Both the position numbers and the translations under genes were made by a program. From contig OZ316892.1 of assembly GCA_973895155.1 (NCBI GenBank), positions 22,979,168 to 23,043,167 on the forward strand: a stretch of DNA of 64,000 nt. The letters are read 5' to 3'. This document shows positions 26,701-41,700 of this stretch, in pieces (position 1 is the stretch's first letter; each line of letters starts with the position of its first letter). The notes under the pieces are model-generated. The model was not told where the DNA came from, did not search any database, and saw only the letters and a program-made list of their open reading frames with translations. The stretch is from Marsupella aquatica. Lineage: Eukaryota; Plantae; Marchantiophyta.

Positions 26701-29700
26701 TGAGAGTTCGCGTCGAATCGTTTAAACAGTCTCTTATTGACAAAGCAAGACTTGTGAACCAGCTTCTAATTGAGCAGGTGGATTTTCTAATAACGATTAT
26801 CCTTTGCTAGCCTGCCAGCCGAAAATCCACTATCAAAGTCTCTTCTCTTCTAGGCGACGGTAAATGGTCTCAAGTTTATCATGCACAGTACATGTTTGGT
26901 GGATAGGATTTTGATTTATCCGGTGGCGTGGGATATGCCGAGTGATCATTTAGTAGATCTTGGAATGATTTCAATAAAATTTTGCCTTTTGTTCTGTGTA
27001 TCAGATTCTTGCTCAGATGACATCCGCGCATCAAGAAGTAATTGACCGACATGAGGCTATTGCACTGGCGATCTCCAAAGATCCCACGAATGCAGAGGAA
27101 GCGACAGCTCTACGAAAGTACGAATCCAACATGTCGACCGGTTGGTCATTGGTGTGCAATACAGTCATTGTTTTTCTTATTTCCTACCTTGCTGGCATCG
27201 CTATAGGAGTTCTTGTTGCCCCGTATCGAGTTGTGTCTTTTTACGTCTTCCGTTCCCAAACGTTTTCCACTGTTAGCTTTGCACAACACGTATTCGTCTA
27301 TTTCTGAAGTTTGTACATCAAATCAAATCCTTTCATTTCTCCTCCAACGCAGGTTCTTCTTTGCTGCCGCAAATGAGATGGCCGTGCTGGAAAGGATATT
27401 GGAAGACAACAAGAAAAAGGAGCTTTTCCTGGAAACTGCTCAATGCAATTTACCGGAGGATGACTTCCAAAAGATGATAGGTGCACGCGAATGGCCCAAA
27501 CGGATTCGTGTGGTTCTCAGTGTGCACCAGAAGAGGATCCAGGAGGAATATGACACCTACGAAGCGGCCTTGAAGAAGAAACGATCCGAATTTATCCGTC
27601 TGCTTGAAAAGTATGAATCAGGCTGGCCATTGACACTAACGGTGTCTCGTACACGTAGCAAAGCCTTTTCGTCCAATTGTAAAGTGTCATTTTGTCTTGA
27701 AAAGTTTCATTAAATACATAAGAGAAGCTACTGTTGTGAAGCTTCTTGTCAAGGAGGATAACAGAAAATGAGTGATCAATGATTTACTTCTCTTTTACAG
27801 GGCAAGATAAATGACGAGAGCCGTGATAGAGATAAATGAAACTGTACTTGGCTACACATCGAAAATCCTCCCTATCTGTTCTGTCCGACTTCAATAGGCA
27901 ATTAAACAATGCACCACAACTTTTCGGGATTGCCACTCGGTACTAGAACAGCCTGGTCCACTTACTGACTTGTGGGTGTCCCTTTCCTGTAGCTACGGCG
28001 AAGAGATCAAGAAATTCGAGACCTACGGGGATATTGATAAAAGTGAAGCTATTGGAAAATTGGTCAGGGTATGAGTACAAAGCATATTTATTTCTAAGTT
28101 ATGTTTCTACGGAAGTCCTTTAGAAACTGGTCAGAGAGCATCGCACCAGCAAGTTAGGAAGCCTTTCGGGCATCATATGTCCATCAATTCTCAGTGCAGT
28201 CGTGAGTTTTCCGTATGGAGAGCAAATGCTCAATCTAGTGAACTTCTCTAGGGCGTGCCCCTCCATCTTAGTATTGCTATATGACTAATTTCTGCGGTGA
28301 ATAACAGGACCTGTCAAAGGGCCTGGAAACCGCTCTGGACACTGCAGAATTGGTCAATACCGAAGAAGGATATTTTGGGATGCCACCCATGCGATTTCCA
28401 CAAATTCAACAGCTCACAACTGCTTTGGAACCCTACCTCAAACTCTGGAGCATTGCAGACACGTTCAAGAGATCTGAGGAAGAATGGATGATTTCTTGGC
28501 TGAACAAGCTCGACACTGAGAAGATAGAGGCGGAGGTGAAGTGAAACCATTATTAATGACAGTAGTGTCTCACTTGCCCTGTATTACCATGCTTTTTGAG
28601 GATACAACTACTGGACTCTGTTTCATTTCAGTTGTACTAACTGTGCACCAATAAGAGACCTTCAATGCTGCCTGAATTGATGACCTGGTCAACCATTTGA
28701 CTTGACCCAAGAATCGACATGTACATTCCTGAAAATTTAGTTCAACGCCTTCGAAGCATTTTTGTATGATGTCATTTTTCCACCAAGAGCTAAACTCAAG
28801 CTGATCAATCATTCAGGTTATGACATGGTGGAGGACAATATTCAAGTTACAGAAAACGTTCGCAGAGAATCAGCCAGAGCCGGCAAAAGTAGCTGTGGCC
28901 TTGAAACAAATTCTAGATCGCTTCAAGGACAGTTTACCACTTTTGAAGTGCTTGTGTAATCCAGGTGAGGCCTCGAGGGTCAGCTCTACAGAATCCTAGG
29001 AACCATGTCTAAATCAAAATGATGATCAAGTTCTTTGAAGAATTTAGTATAAAGTCTACTAAATAAATGAACCACTACAAACCCAGCTATCAACTCCAAA
29101 ACAGAGTATGTCCCCGAATACATAGGAAATTTGAAACAGTGGTAAACATATCTAAATTGTACTCTTTCCAAGATAAGGGCGTTCAAATTGAGGTTCAACT
29201 AGAACATAGCTTGTACGTGGGATCTTCAAAAATATACTAAGCTGATGTCCGTAAGGTGAGCTATTTTTAACAACAATCAAACTCTAGCGCAGTTATGCTA
29301 GGAATACATATGCTGCTTTTGTGGAAGTTGCTTGAATTCTACATTTCACTTTCTCTTTCATCATGGGGACGTCTGTCCCCTTGAACATGTTTGCCATAAT
29401 ATTTCAATCACGTCCATACTCAAAGCAGAGACTGTTGTTGCTCCTAAATCTTCAGTCTACCCTGTGTTGGGTTTCCATTAGGTCTTCGACCGCGCCACTT
29501 TCTTCAGATCTCACAGGTCGTGGGGTTCGAAGTTCACAATGATGACGGTACCAATTTTCGACAACTGTTGCGTCTACAGGTTGAGTCCTCCGTCCTTTGG
29601 GTATAGGGGATTGTGTGTCAAGGGTAATGGTGAGGGATTGGACAACATTACAGTACTGAACTACAAGTTACAGAGATCTTCTACTGCATCTTAACTTGTT

Positions 29701-32700
29701 GGATTTTATAAAAACAAGTCCCGAGTCATTCTGTGAGGGTTCTGCGAAACTGATGTTACTGATTCAAATATGTGCAGGTTTACTTCAATACCCTGTGGTT
29801 TCCTGTCTGTGAATGGATTTTTGCTGCTAACATTCAGAATGTTTGCAGAAGAGTTTCTTGGTTGAATTCATAATGCACTCTCAAATTTATCTTTCGGAAG
29901 CAAACTTCAATCAGGAAGAAATATCTTAATCGGGATTAGAGCCCGATAGGTTGCGTGGATATCTAACCGCTCTATGCTTTGATGTCACAGTACTTTGCTG
30001 TTCTCATATTGCTCATCGTATCTACAGATTGATGAGCACTTGGCCAAACTTGAGGAGATAAGCGAGTTTGCTAGCAAGGAATTTGCGCTGGAGAGGTCTT
30101 TGGATACTATGGAGGAGGATTGGAAGCCTCTGAAGTTTGAGGTAAGAACACACGTCTAATTTATGTGCACCTGAATGGAACAAATTTTGATGAGAGTACC
30201 TATAAGCATACTTTCGACATCCCCTCGAGAAGTTCAAATTGGAAATAGTGAGATATCTCACAAGCCTCATCAACTCGGTATCTCAGTCATGAACTTGAAA
30301 CTTCCTCTTGCCTCCTACTGCCCAGCCACAGTCGCCGGCATCAGTGTTCATCTCTAAAGTCTGCTGGTTATCTGGTATGCTTTCGGGAATCCTCAGAGAT
30401 CATCGCTTTGAAAGAAAGACGAGTGATTCGAATCATCAATGGTCGACGGTGTTGTAACGTACAAGAGCAGTTCAAGCAATCAATTACAGGATTTCTATGA
30501 TCAGCTCCTCTCGATGAAAATCACATATTTGTCACTAACCTGGCTTCAAACCTGGCAAAATTTGGCAGTACTCTTTATACAAAAACACTGGCGCCAACAT
30601 CTTGAAAGGTGGACCTATAGAAGAGGCACAGCTAATGCTAGATGAGCATATTGTCAAGACACAAAATATGTTGGCATCTGCTTTCGCTGCTCCCTTCCAA
30701 CAACGTCTCGAAACGTGGCTGGGAAAGGTCAGCTAACCTGTAATCATGTCAGCTTACGAAAATTAAGCTAGATTCTGTCTTCTAAAGAGCATGCAACGCA
30801 TGTGTTGCTCATTCGAGGTTTGGAGAAAATGATTCTAGGTATGAATTTCAATATAGTAGGAAATTGTCGATGACCGAATAGTTAAAGAAACTAGATCTAC
30901 TCGAACAAGTGCAAGTAATGCTAAAGTGGACGGTGTAGCGCTATTCTCAGTGTTGTTGGGCATAGGTTTTGCTTCGTACTCCACGACGATTCAAGAAGAT
31001 TCCTTCCACTCCCCTAATACAAGACCAACGGTGGAAATTGCAGATAACTCTGTTGCAGAAGGTTCTGGTGGAGTGGCTGAAAATGCAGGCCTCATGGATG
31101 TACTTGGAGCCCATTTTCGGCTCAGAAGATATCCTCGAGCAGATGCCTAAGGAAGGTTCTCTGTTCCATGCGACTGATAAGGTCTGGCGGAGGATAATGA
31201 CTGAGGCTGAAAAAACGGTTGTCATGCTTGATGTAAGCGACCTTATCCTACTCCACGATTTGCAAGTTTCTCATTGAGAAAAGAAGCATACAGTGAAAAG
31301 AAAAGACTAACCTGTCAAGTTCTTGACGCTCCTTGAATCAGAAGAACTTAGATACAATGATATGAAACTATTTGGGGATAACTAGCTGAGGCTGAAAATT
31401 GGCGTGCGTATATCGGTTTTCTAGACTCTATAGCACATTAATGACTCGCCGTCTTCTCATTTTCACAGGCATGCAACATACCCAATCTCCTCGAAGATTT
31501 AAAGGCTAGCAATGTTAGTTTGGATGCTGTACATAAAGGATTAAATCACTACCTTGAGACAAAGCGTCTTGCCTTCCCACGGTTCTACTTCTTGTCGAAT
31601 GACGAGCTTCTCGAGATTTTATCAGAGACGAAGGACCCTCTGAGGGTTCAGCCTTTCTTGAAGAAGTGTTTTGAGGGGATCAATTCATTGGTGTTCCAGC
31701 CGAATCTGGATATCATTTCAATGGTCAGCGTCGAGAAGGAAAAAATAAACTTTACAAGGATCACAAATCCCAAATTTGCGAAGGGTAACGTGGAGAAATG
31801 GCTGCTGGAAGTCGAAAAGATGATGAGAGAGACATTACGGGTAACGCACACCCTGTCCATACAACAACGAACGCAGAATTAGTAGGGACGCTTTCAATGA
31901 ATCTCTTCCCAGTTCTATCAAATGAATGCTGATGCAGTCTTGGCCTGAAGTTGCATTGCTCGTACTGCATGCCTTCGGCACACTAATGTGGAAGCTTCGG
32001 AGACTTTCGTTACGGCTACAAAGCTATGATAGAATTGAATTAGAGCAGTTGACGGTCATCGTGATAGGAACCACACTGTTGACAATTGCTTCATTCTATA
32101 TAGACGAAAAGCTTCTTCTGGGACATGGCGTTTGATCAAATAATTGCTTGTTTAATACGTTGAATGGTTCAGGTGGTAGCACAGGAATCTGTTGCAGACT
32201 ATGCCGTGACAGCGCGACCTCAGTGGATGCTAAAATGGCCAGGAATGTTGGTTCTTTGCGCATCGCAAACATATTGGACGAGGGAGGTGGCGGAGTCTAT
32301 TCGACAGGGAGGTCACACCGGACTCGTTGCATATGAACAGAAGTGTTCTCTTCAACTTCAGGATCTTGTCAAATTGGTAATAAACAAATCTTAAAACACT
32401 TATCATCGTGCGCGGCATGATGTCGTCAATTCTAGCTTGTCAAAGGAAATCACTCTCAGAAGGAAACATACACACACTCATGTCGTCCACCGATGCTAGT
32501 CACACTTCCGCATATTAAATATTCATCATTATTAAAGGTTACTTTGGCTTCTCCATGCTCAGCCAACTCGTACCCAATTGGATGCATTCTCATTCCGTGC
32601 TCTCACAGAATAGAGTCAAGTAGTGTGTCATACATGTTTGTTACGTACACTCTGTTACCCAATTGGATGCATTCTCATTCCGTTTCCCACAGAATAGAGT

Positions 32701-35700
32701 TAAGTAGTGTGTCATACATGTTTGTTACGTACACTCTGTCACATTCACTCAGCTGCCAGCGTGCTATTACCATGACGAGCGACTTCATTTTACGAATTCA
32801 GAAGAAACTCATAATCTAGGATCGGGGTTTTGCTTCCGATTCATGTCCGATTCATGCATGTACGAAAAATTTCGGAGTTATGATAACTACAACGATTACT
32901 GGTTTCTTACGACTAGGTCCGAGGAGAGCTGTCAACTTTGGAAAGATACACAATCGGAGCTCTGTGTGTTGTAGATGTGCATGCGAGAGACGTTGTGACA
33001 TTGTTGAAGACATCTGGGGTCACGAAGGACACTGATTTTGAGTGGCTCAGCCAATTACGATATTCTCTTGTAGATGGAGAGGTACTTCTATCACTTTTTC
33101 ACCCAAATTGATGAATGTCATCTTATAGCATTTCGCAGACTATACTCATACTTTTAATTGCTCCATGTAGCACTGGAATGTTGTATTCTTCCCATTTGCT
33201 AAAGTTGACATGATCTACAAATATTGACCTGAATAAGAGAGGAGATTTTGAACGTAGTGAAATTTAAAGCTTCTCATGGATGTACGAGGAAGACGAACGA
33301 AGTCATTTGACGTACATCAGGTTTGTGAATGCTACAGGTACTCGTGCTGATGGTTAATGCATGCAAGAACTACGGATACGAGTATCTGGGGAATAGTGCT
33401 CGCCTTGTGATCACCCCGCTCACTGATAGATGCTATCGTACTCTCATGGGAGCGTTGCATCTGAACTTAGGTGGTGCACCTGAAGGTCCTGCTGGTACTG
33501 GGAAGACAGAAACTACCAAGGACCTTGCCAAGGTACGGAGCTTTACAATCTTCGCTAGCAGAAAGAGAATAATGTCCTGTCCAGATTGCAGCGAAAAGAC
33601 ATGCGGATCGACGGAGGGAAGAAACAAACTGGAAATAGCTTCAAATTGAGTTGCTGTTAACGAAATCTCTGGTTTCGAAGCCACTAAGGGATCATTCTCC
33701 TGGATCGATAATTTGTGCAGGCACTTGCAATGCAATGTGTGGTATTCAACTGTTCAGATGGACTCGACTATCTTGCCATGGGAAAGTTTTTCAAAGGTCT
33801 GGCAGCTTCAGGGGCATGGGCTTGCTTTGATGAGTTCAACCGTATTGATTTAGAAGTGCTGTCCGTCATAGCGCAGCAGATTCTGACCATCCAGAGGGCA
33901 ATAATGGCAAATCTTGTGAGATTTAACTTTGAGGGAGTAGATTTGCCTCTCATAAAGACGTGCTCTGTCTTCATCACCATGAATCCTGGGTATGCTGGGA
34001 GATCTGAGCTCCCTGACAATCTTAAAGCATTGTTCCGTCCAGTGGCGATGATGGTTCCTAATTATGCCATGATCGGGTAAGAGTTCAACTACCTTCACAC
34101 CCTCTACAGCGTGATCTTAGAATCTTCGAAGACTGCATATCTTCCTAGGATCTTGTATAGTTGCGGGTATAGTTTTCTCAAGTAAAAGAGAGTTCTATCA
34201 ATCCGCCTCCATCTTCCCATCTTTGAAGACTGCAGATTTTGCGAAGAGTGTACGCTTAACGAAACATGTACAGTTTTCATCCGGGGAAAATCCTTCCTTA
34301 ATTTGTTTCGAGCTCTGAGTGATTGCCTGTTTTCAATCCATCCCTCCAATTCTCCTCTCTTTCTTGTTATGTTTACAACTGGGCTTCCTGAGAAGACACA
34401 CCTGCATCGGGGTCTTATAGCTCTGTTCATTTTTTAAGAAAAGACGATACTTTGTTCATGAAGTTTTTAAATTGCAGTGAAATCACGCTATACTCTTATG
34501 GATATCTCAATGCTCGGGACTTGGCGAGGAAATTGGTCGCCACTTACCGGTTGTGCAGTGAGCAGTTGTCTTCTCAGGTGAAGCGCGCCAACATGTAGAT
34601 TCGGTTTCCTAGATCTACCGTCATCTAGTCTTACGCAACTGACACAGAAAACGTTAGTGTCCCGTGATGAACTTTCGCAAGGGAGCATGATCTGGAAAAC
34701 TTCCCCTATTGCAGGATCATTATGACTACGGAATGAGGGCAGTCATAGCTGTACTTCGAGCTGCTGGAAACTTGAAGAGAAGGTATCGTGAAGATGACGA
34801 GCTCGTGCTTATGTTACGGGCCATCCGAGATGTTAACCTGCCGAAGTTCTTGTCTCACGACATACCCCTCTTCGAAGGAATTATGTCTGACCTGTTTCCT
34901 GGCGTGGTATGGCTCTCAGCTCAGTCATATAACCTACCTGTCATTTTTTGGGGGCAGTAGTTTTGCATGTTTGCATTGAGTGATCTCTTCCCTTCCTCTA
35001 GTACGCAGTTCACTGGAGCCTTTTCTCAATGTCAAGACAGGATGGAAACAGAGTTACTCTTGTGACGTATGGCTGCAATCCCAGACATATAAACTGACTT
35101 CGAAAATTATGTGTACTACACTCCCTCCCCGCCCGAAATTCAGCTTTGACAAATATTTCTCTACTTGAAACACAACTTCAAGAAGGTACCCTAAATGTTG
35201 TGTTCTGGCAATTTGCAGATACTGCCAGAGCCAGACTACGTTAACATCGTCAACATGATCGAGAAGAACTGTAACCTACTGAACCTCCAACCAACTGAGA
35301 CCTTTGTGAAAAAGACCCTGGAGCTATACGAGATGATCATCGTTCGGCATGGACTCATGCTAGTCGGGTTTTCCTTCGGAGCTAAAACTTGTGCCTACAA
35401 GATTCTCGCAGCCTCCTTGACGAACCTCAAGGAAGCTGGACTCAACGACGAAAACGTTTCCAAGTATGTTCATATTGACTCCCAAGCGGTGATCGTCGTT
35501 GTTTCCTATTCGAGAGAATGGTTGCATCTCTCGTTTAATGCTGTCCCTAACAATCATATCGCTCTTAATATTCACAACGAGAACAATTCGTTATGTTGCG
35601 GAATTTATAACTACGAGTTTGCAAGAGATGAAACAGAGAATAAACTGACGAATTATCGGGACTTTTAAGTAGCGAGTTGACTACGAAAGACCAACTCAAT

Positions 35701-38700
35701 GTAGCCTTCTGTAATAGCAATTGGTCAAATAGATAGCATCAGCAGCAAAATCTTCAAAATCATGTGCAAACCAGAAGAAATTTGTGAGTGGCAGTGCCCC
35801 TTAACAGCTTACATTATAGTCATTGAACAATTGGAAAGGCGAAATGGAAGCCTCTCTGACCGATCGGGCTCTGTCTTGCGCTCTTGTTTAAAATGGACTT
35901 GAACAAATCTGTTTGAACTGGATGTCATGGCAGATACAAGATCTTGAATCCCAAATCAATTACCATGGGGCAGCTTTACGGCCAATTTGATCCTGTCTCA
36001 CACGAGTGGACAGATGGAGTACTGGCCACGACATTCAGGCAAATGTCAATCGATACGTCCCCTGATCGAAATTGGCTTATTTTCGATGGACCGGTTGATG
36101 CCATCTGGATTGAAAACATGAACACCGTGAGTTCTTTCTTCTCTCAATGCCCTGTGCTCATTCTCAGAAGAAGACCTTAAACTGCTACAGTAGCTGATTT
36201 ACGAGACAGAGGCATGCTTCGACATGCTCAGGACTTTTCATTAGTGATAGCCAGTGAATTGCCGTCCTAAGCTTACTTCAGCTGAACTTGAAACGATCTC
36301 TATGCTCTCTCAGGCTGCAGTAGTTCGTTGACGGTAACTCACCAGATTCCACAAACTTGAATCGAATACCTATGGCTGTCATCAATACAGGTGTTGGATG
36401 ACAACAAAAAGCTATGCCTGATGAGTGGGGAGATCATTCAAATGACAGCCCAAATGAACTTAATATTTGAAGTTCAGGATCTTGCTGCTGCCTCTCCTGC
36501 GACTGTTTCACGGTGCGGCATGGTTTACGTTGAGCCGTCAGCCATGGGCTGGAGACATCTTATGAAGTCGTGGCTCATAGCTCTTCCAGAACCCATGCAA
36601 GGAAGGTATCGGGATCAAATTGCTAAATTATTCGAATGGCTGTTGCCTCCATGCTTAAGATGCGTGACAAAGAACTGCAAGCAAGTCATGCCTATGCAGG
36701 TACTGCAACCAAACCTTAATTCTGTGAGCTCAGAACTAGAAAAGCTATAGCCCATCTCTATCGTAAACAATCAGAGAAAAAAAAGTCCGAAATGAGGGTC
36801 TGGCGGGAATTTAGAAAATCGTAATTGGACGCAGGAAACAGCGCTGCGAACACTCTTGTGATATCAGTCAATGAATTGAATTAATGACCACATCCTTAGT
36901 CCTGGACATATCTACCCGCAGACGTCTAATGTCCCTTGCTTTTACCTTACAGGAGCAAAACATGCTACAAAGCTGCCTTAGGCTTATTGGCTGTCTCATG
37001 GCCCCTGAGCTCCATGACAGTAAGTGGATGTCCCGAATTATACCGCTCATATATGCTTCGTTATTCCAGCTTCTTGAACCTTCCTTGAACCAAATATGTA
37101 CCCTACAGATTTCCATCGGTACATAGTCACCCAGATGCGCCCCATTGGCAAAGCTCTTCACCGCTGTGCGACATGATACGAACTCGAAACATGGATGTTG
37201 TGTTCAAAAGCTTTCCTCTTTAATCTGCCTTCTCGATAACTTCACAAAAGCATTCTAAAGTAATTTGTTTTGTTCAGCACTGGCATTGGTGATACTTCAC
37301 ATTATTCCATAGCTCGGAAGCTTCAATTAACGAAGTGTTGGATCGTTTCACTATGCGCAGAGTATGCCGTTGAGAGAATGGACGGCAATCTTATCGCCAC
37401 GTGGATCGATTGCATCACCCTCTTTTCGATAGTTTGGTCAATTGGAGCGTGTATGGATTCGGAACAACGTGCCAAGTTTGACTTCCTCATGAAAAAGCTT
37501 CTTGTGCGCGCGCATCTTGCTCTCTGTTTCGCATCTTGCTCTCTGTTTTTCTTTGATTATTGGACTACACAGATCCCGTCTTCTGTTCCATGTCGTGAAA
37601 TGCTAAGCTCTAAACTTAAGATAAGACAGCTAACATGACAAATAACTTCAAGTTTTCTTATTTACTATATGGATCCAAATTTTAATATTTGTAATATGTT
37701 GTAATGCGCGATAGAACTGCACAGTGTTGAAGTCAAACTATCTACGATATAACGAAACCAAGCTGATTTCATCTTCATGTTGTGTAGAACAGGCCAATCA
37801 GCCACCAGAAGAATACAAGCCCTTCATCTTAACTGCAGCTCGAAAGGTTGCTATAAACTTTCCAGATGGGAAATCTGTGTATGATGCTGTCTTCAGGAAA
37901 GACAGAGGAAAGTGGGGTCTGTGGTCAGACTTTGTGGACGACCAAGGTCCAGCACTTGAAGCAGACTTCGTCAAAATCATTGTTTCGACATCAGATACTG
38001 CCAAGTTTAATTTCCTATTTGAAACTCTCATTACGTCGAACATGCCTCTCTTACTCGCGGGTCCAACAGGCACGGGAAAGTCCGTGTACGTCAAGCAGTA
38101 CTTAATGAAACTTGATCCGGCTAAGTAAGTACGTGCAAGTGCAACTCAGAAAACTCAAATCCATATTTTGCTCGAGTAGAGTATTTCAGTACCCCATACT
38201 TAGATCCTTATGAGATGACGCTGAAAAGAGTACCCATGACCTGTAAGTTTGTCACTACTAAATCTAATAATTCATACTGCTAATTGCCTTTTCTGCAGGT
38301 GGCAGTCAATGTTCTTCAACTTTTCAGCTCAGACAAGTGCGAATCAGACACAAGACATCATAGACGGGAAACTCATTAAGAGAAGACCAGGAGTTTTCGG
38401 GCCACAGAAAGGCAAGCAGTGCGTCATTTTTGTTGACGACCTTAGTATGCCTGCTCTGGAGAGGTATGGTGCCCAGCCGCCAATTGAACTGCTTCGTCAG
38501 TGGATGGATCATCATGGATGGTATGTGGTTTCCCTCTTTTTCGCGTCACTGTCACCCTGAAGGAAATAACCGAACTGAATTTCTCTACAGGCTTCTGTCT
38601 TCAGAAAATCTATCCTGACTTCTAATCTATAGTAAATGCTTTTGAGCCATGACAATCAATCCCTGATGCCCAACAGTTAGGAGGAGCCATTACCTTGCCT

Positions 38701-41700
38701 AAAACACAGTGTTTAGCAGCAAGCCTGATCAAATTAAGCTTTCAGTCGAGATGATGCCCTTGATTCATGAGATGAATAATGTGCATAGATGCTCTAACCT
38801 TTTCACCCATATCATAGAACGTAATGTCACAGCCATTCGCTTCACACAAGCTGAAAGCGTGCGACTGGCAGAAAGAAGTGCAAAAACAGAGTACTTTCGC
38901 TATTGAACCCTTAATAATCCATTGCAGGTACGATCGGACAGATTTGAGTTTCCGCAATATTGAAGACGTTCAATTTGTGTCGGCTATGGGTCCTCCAGGA
39001 GGCGGGAAAAATCCCGTAACTAACCGCTACCTTCGACACTTCAATGTCGTGGTGGCCACTAGCTTCTCCGATCTGACTATGCAAAGGTGAGGTGGTACAC
39101 ATGAAAATGAAAGAATAATTGTTCAAGTTTCAGGATCCGCAATAGGAGCACAAGACAGAAAGTAAAAGCTGGAAAGAACACCTTCCAGGCTCTAGGAACT
39201 ACTCCCATATTCTAATGAACACCCTTAAAACCTTCTTCATTCTGCAGACACAGATTTTCTTCTCAAGTGGAACTTGTTCTCTACAGGATATTTACGACTT
39301 TGGTCGACTTTTGGATGAAACGATCAAGATATTCTGCAGCAATACTGAAACTAAAAGCTCCATTGGTGAACGCAACTATTGAAATATATCAGCTTGTCCA
39401 GAAAGAACTTCTTCCAACACCAGAAAAATCTCATTATACCTACAATCTGCGCGATCTTGGAAAGGTTAATTCCCTCTACTCAACAGACGATTCCAAAGAA
39501 AGGTGATGTGAATGCAGGTAGAAAGAAATTGTGACTCTTTGGTTGATTTCAACCCCGGGTGCCGGCTGTGTTCGTTGGAAAAGAAACGGAAACCCTTCAA
39601 AATTTGAGACACAGTTATCTTGAATCAGAATATTCACAGGAATAATAACTCGAGTTCTTCATGTTGTTTTGATGATTTCTATACAGGTGTTCCTGGGCTT
39701 GCAATTTGCACCACTTGAAATAGGGGACGACCAATATAAGATCATTCGGTTGTGGGCGCATGAATGCCTTCGTGTGTTCTACGATCGTCTCATCAACGAC
39801 CCAGATAGAATGTGGTTTTGTAACCAGTTGGCAGAAATGATAGAGAAGCACTTTAGGGAGAGGTTTGGAAAAATTTATGCGACTTTTACTCACTCAGAGG
39901 TCAAGAAGGGAGACATAAGTCCAGTTATCCTGAGCTATGTGATGGCTGGAGATTTCATGATTCCTGGTGCAGATCCTGCATTGGTAAATTCTCTACTGTA
40001 TATGTTACAAATTCCCTGAACATGCTAGTCTTGTTCTCATTATTCACTATTGAAAAAGAACAAACTCTGAGCCTATCATGGTAGCAGAAGAAAGTTAGGT
40101 GCCGCAGTCACCCCCTTTTGCTCCAATTTTTACAAGGTGATTTCACGCAGCCTTACTCATCAGCTACCTGTGGTTGCAGTACGATGAAGTAACTGACGAG
40201 GACCAACTTCTGAAAGTAATGCTAGGGTATCTGGAAGACTACAATGATCTCAATAGCACCCAGATGAACCTTGTACTATTCCAATTTGCCATCCAACACA
40301 TTGCCAGGATCTGCCGAGTCATCAAGCAACCCGGGGGCAATGTGTTGTTGGTGGGTGTTGGAGGGAGTGGGAGGCAAAGTTTAGCGCGACTTGCAGCTTT
40401 TATAGAAGGTTTTGACGTTTATCAGGTACCTCCACAGTTCCATTCGGTGGGTTTCTAGGCCGATCGAAGCCAGGCTTTTTCAGTACCTCTATCATGTTCA
40501 CTACCTCTAAATTCAAACTACCTCAAATTTCGTCCTTAGCTGCAAATATCACGGTGAAACTTACTCTTATTTTCATTTTATATCTTCCGAGCCGTTCTCT
40601 AAGAAAGCGCATAGTTTCTAACTGGCGCATGAGTCGCAAGAATGCCATCTCCCGGTGCATCTGTTCTTATGGGAAGGTTGCTCTTCGCAGGTGGAACTCA
40701 CGAAGAACTTTGGAATGCCTGAGTGGCGAGAAAGCCTTGGAATCATGCTCAGAAGGGCAGGGGAATTGGATAAGAAAGTCATGTTCTTGTTTCCTGATAC
40801 ACAAATCAGATTGGAGGGTTTTGTAGAAGACATCAATTCTCTGTTAAACACGGGCGAGGTATTTCCTCTTTAACCTTCAGTTGTGACCAAAGCGTATTTG
40901 AATATGGTAAATTGAGAGAGATTGGAGTCTCTTGTAATCATAAAACTGTGCCAGGTCCCAAATCTCTACGATGCAGCAGACCTGGGAGCTATAATTGAGG
41001 GCATCCGCCCAAGGGCAAAACGAGCTAAAAGAGACGGATCTCGAATGGACTTGCTGGCCTTCTTTGTTGATGAGTGCTGCAAGAACATGCGCGTAGCACT
41101 GGTCAGTCCTCACTGCCCTTGGTCGTTCCGCAGTGTTCATTCCTCGGATCCGCTTGTGATAGACAAGCAGAATTTTGCTTGTCCCCTTGATTGCTTTTCA
41201 TACCGGATTTTCAAGAGATCTTTCTAATTAGCTAGAGGTTTCTGTAGGCTTTCAGCCCAATCGGAGATGCCTTCAGAGACAGGCTAAGAAAGTTCCCGTC
41301 GCTGGTCAACTGTTGTACTATTGATTGGTTCAGCGCGTGGCCAACTGAGGTACATACTTTAAAACTCCAAACTGGAGTGCCAAAGAGAAATTTAGTGTAC
41401 ACAGTCATACTCCCTTGTTTACTTCCAAGAATGGATTTGCAGCGGTCCAGATGAGGAGATACTTCTCCCTTCTTACTGCAATGAAACATAAAACTTCATT
41501 ATTGCCGCCTGTATTGCGTGTGAACGTCTCTCCCAGGCATTGAGATCTGTTGCTGTAAGATTTTTGGCTACCGTCAATGCGGAGAGAAAAGTAATTAAGG
41601 AGATTGTCAACATCGCCGTCTACTTTCATACATCTGTTCAGGTTTCACGAATGACCCTCCTTTTGCCGTACCTCATAAGGCTTTTATTCATTCCCTTCAA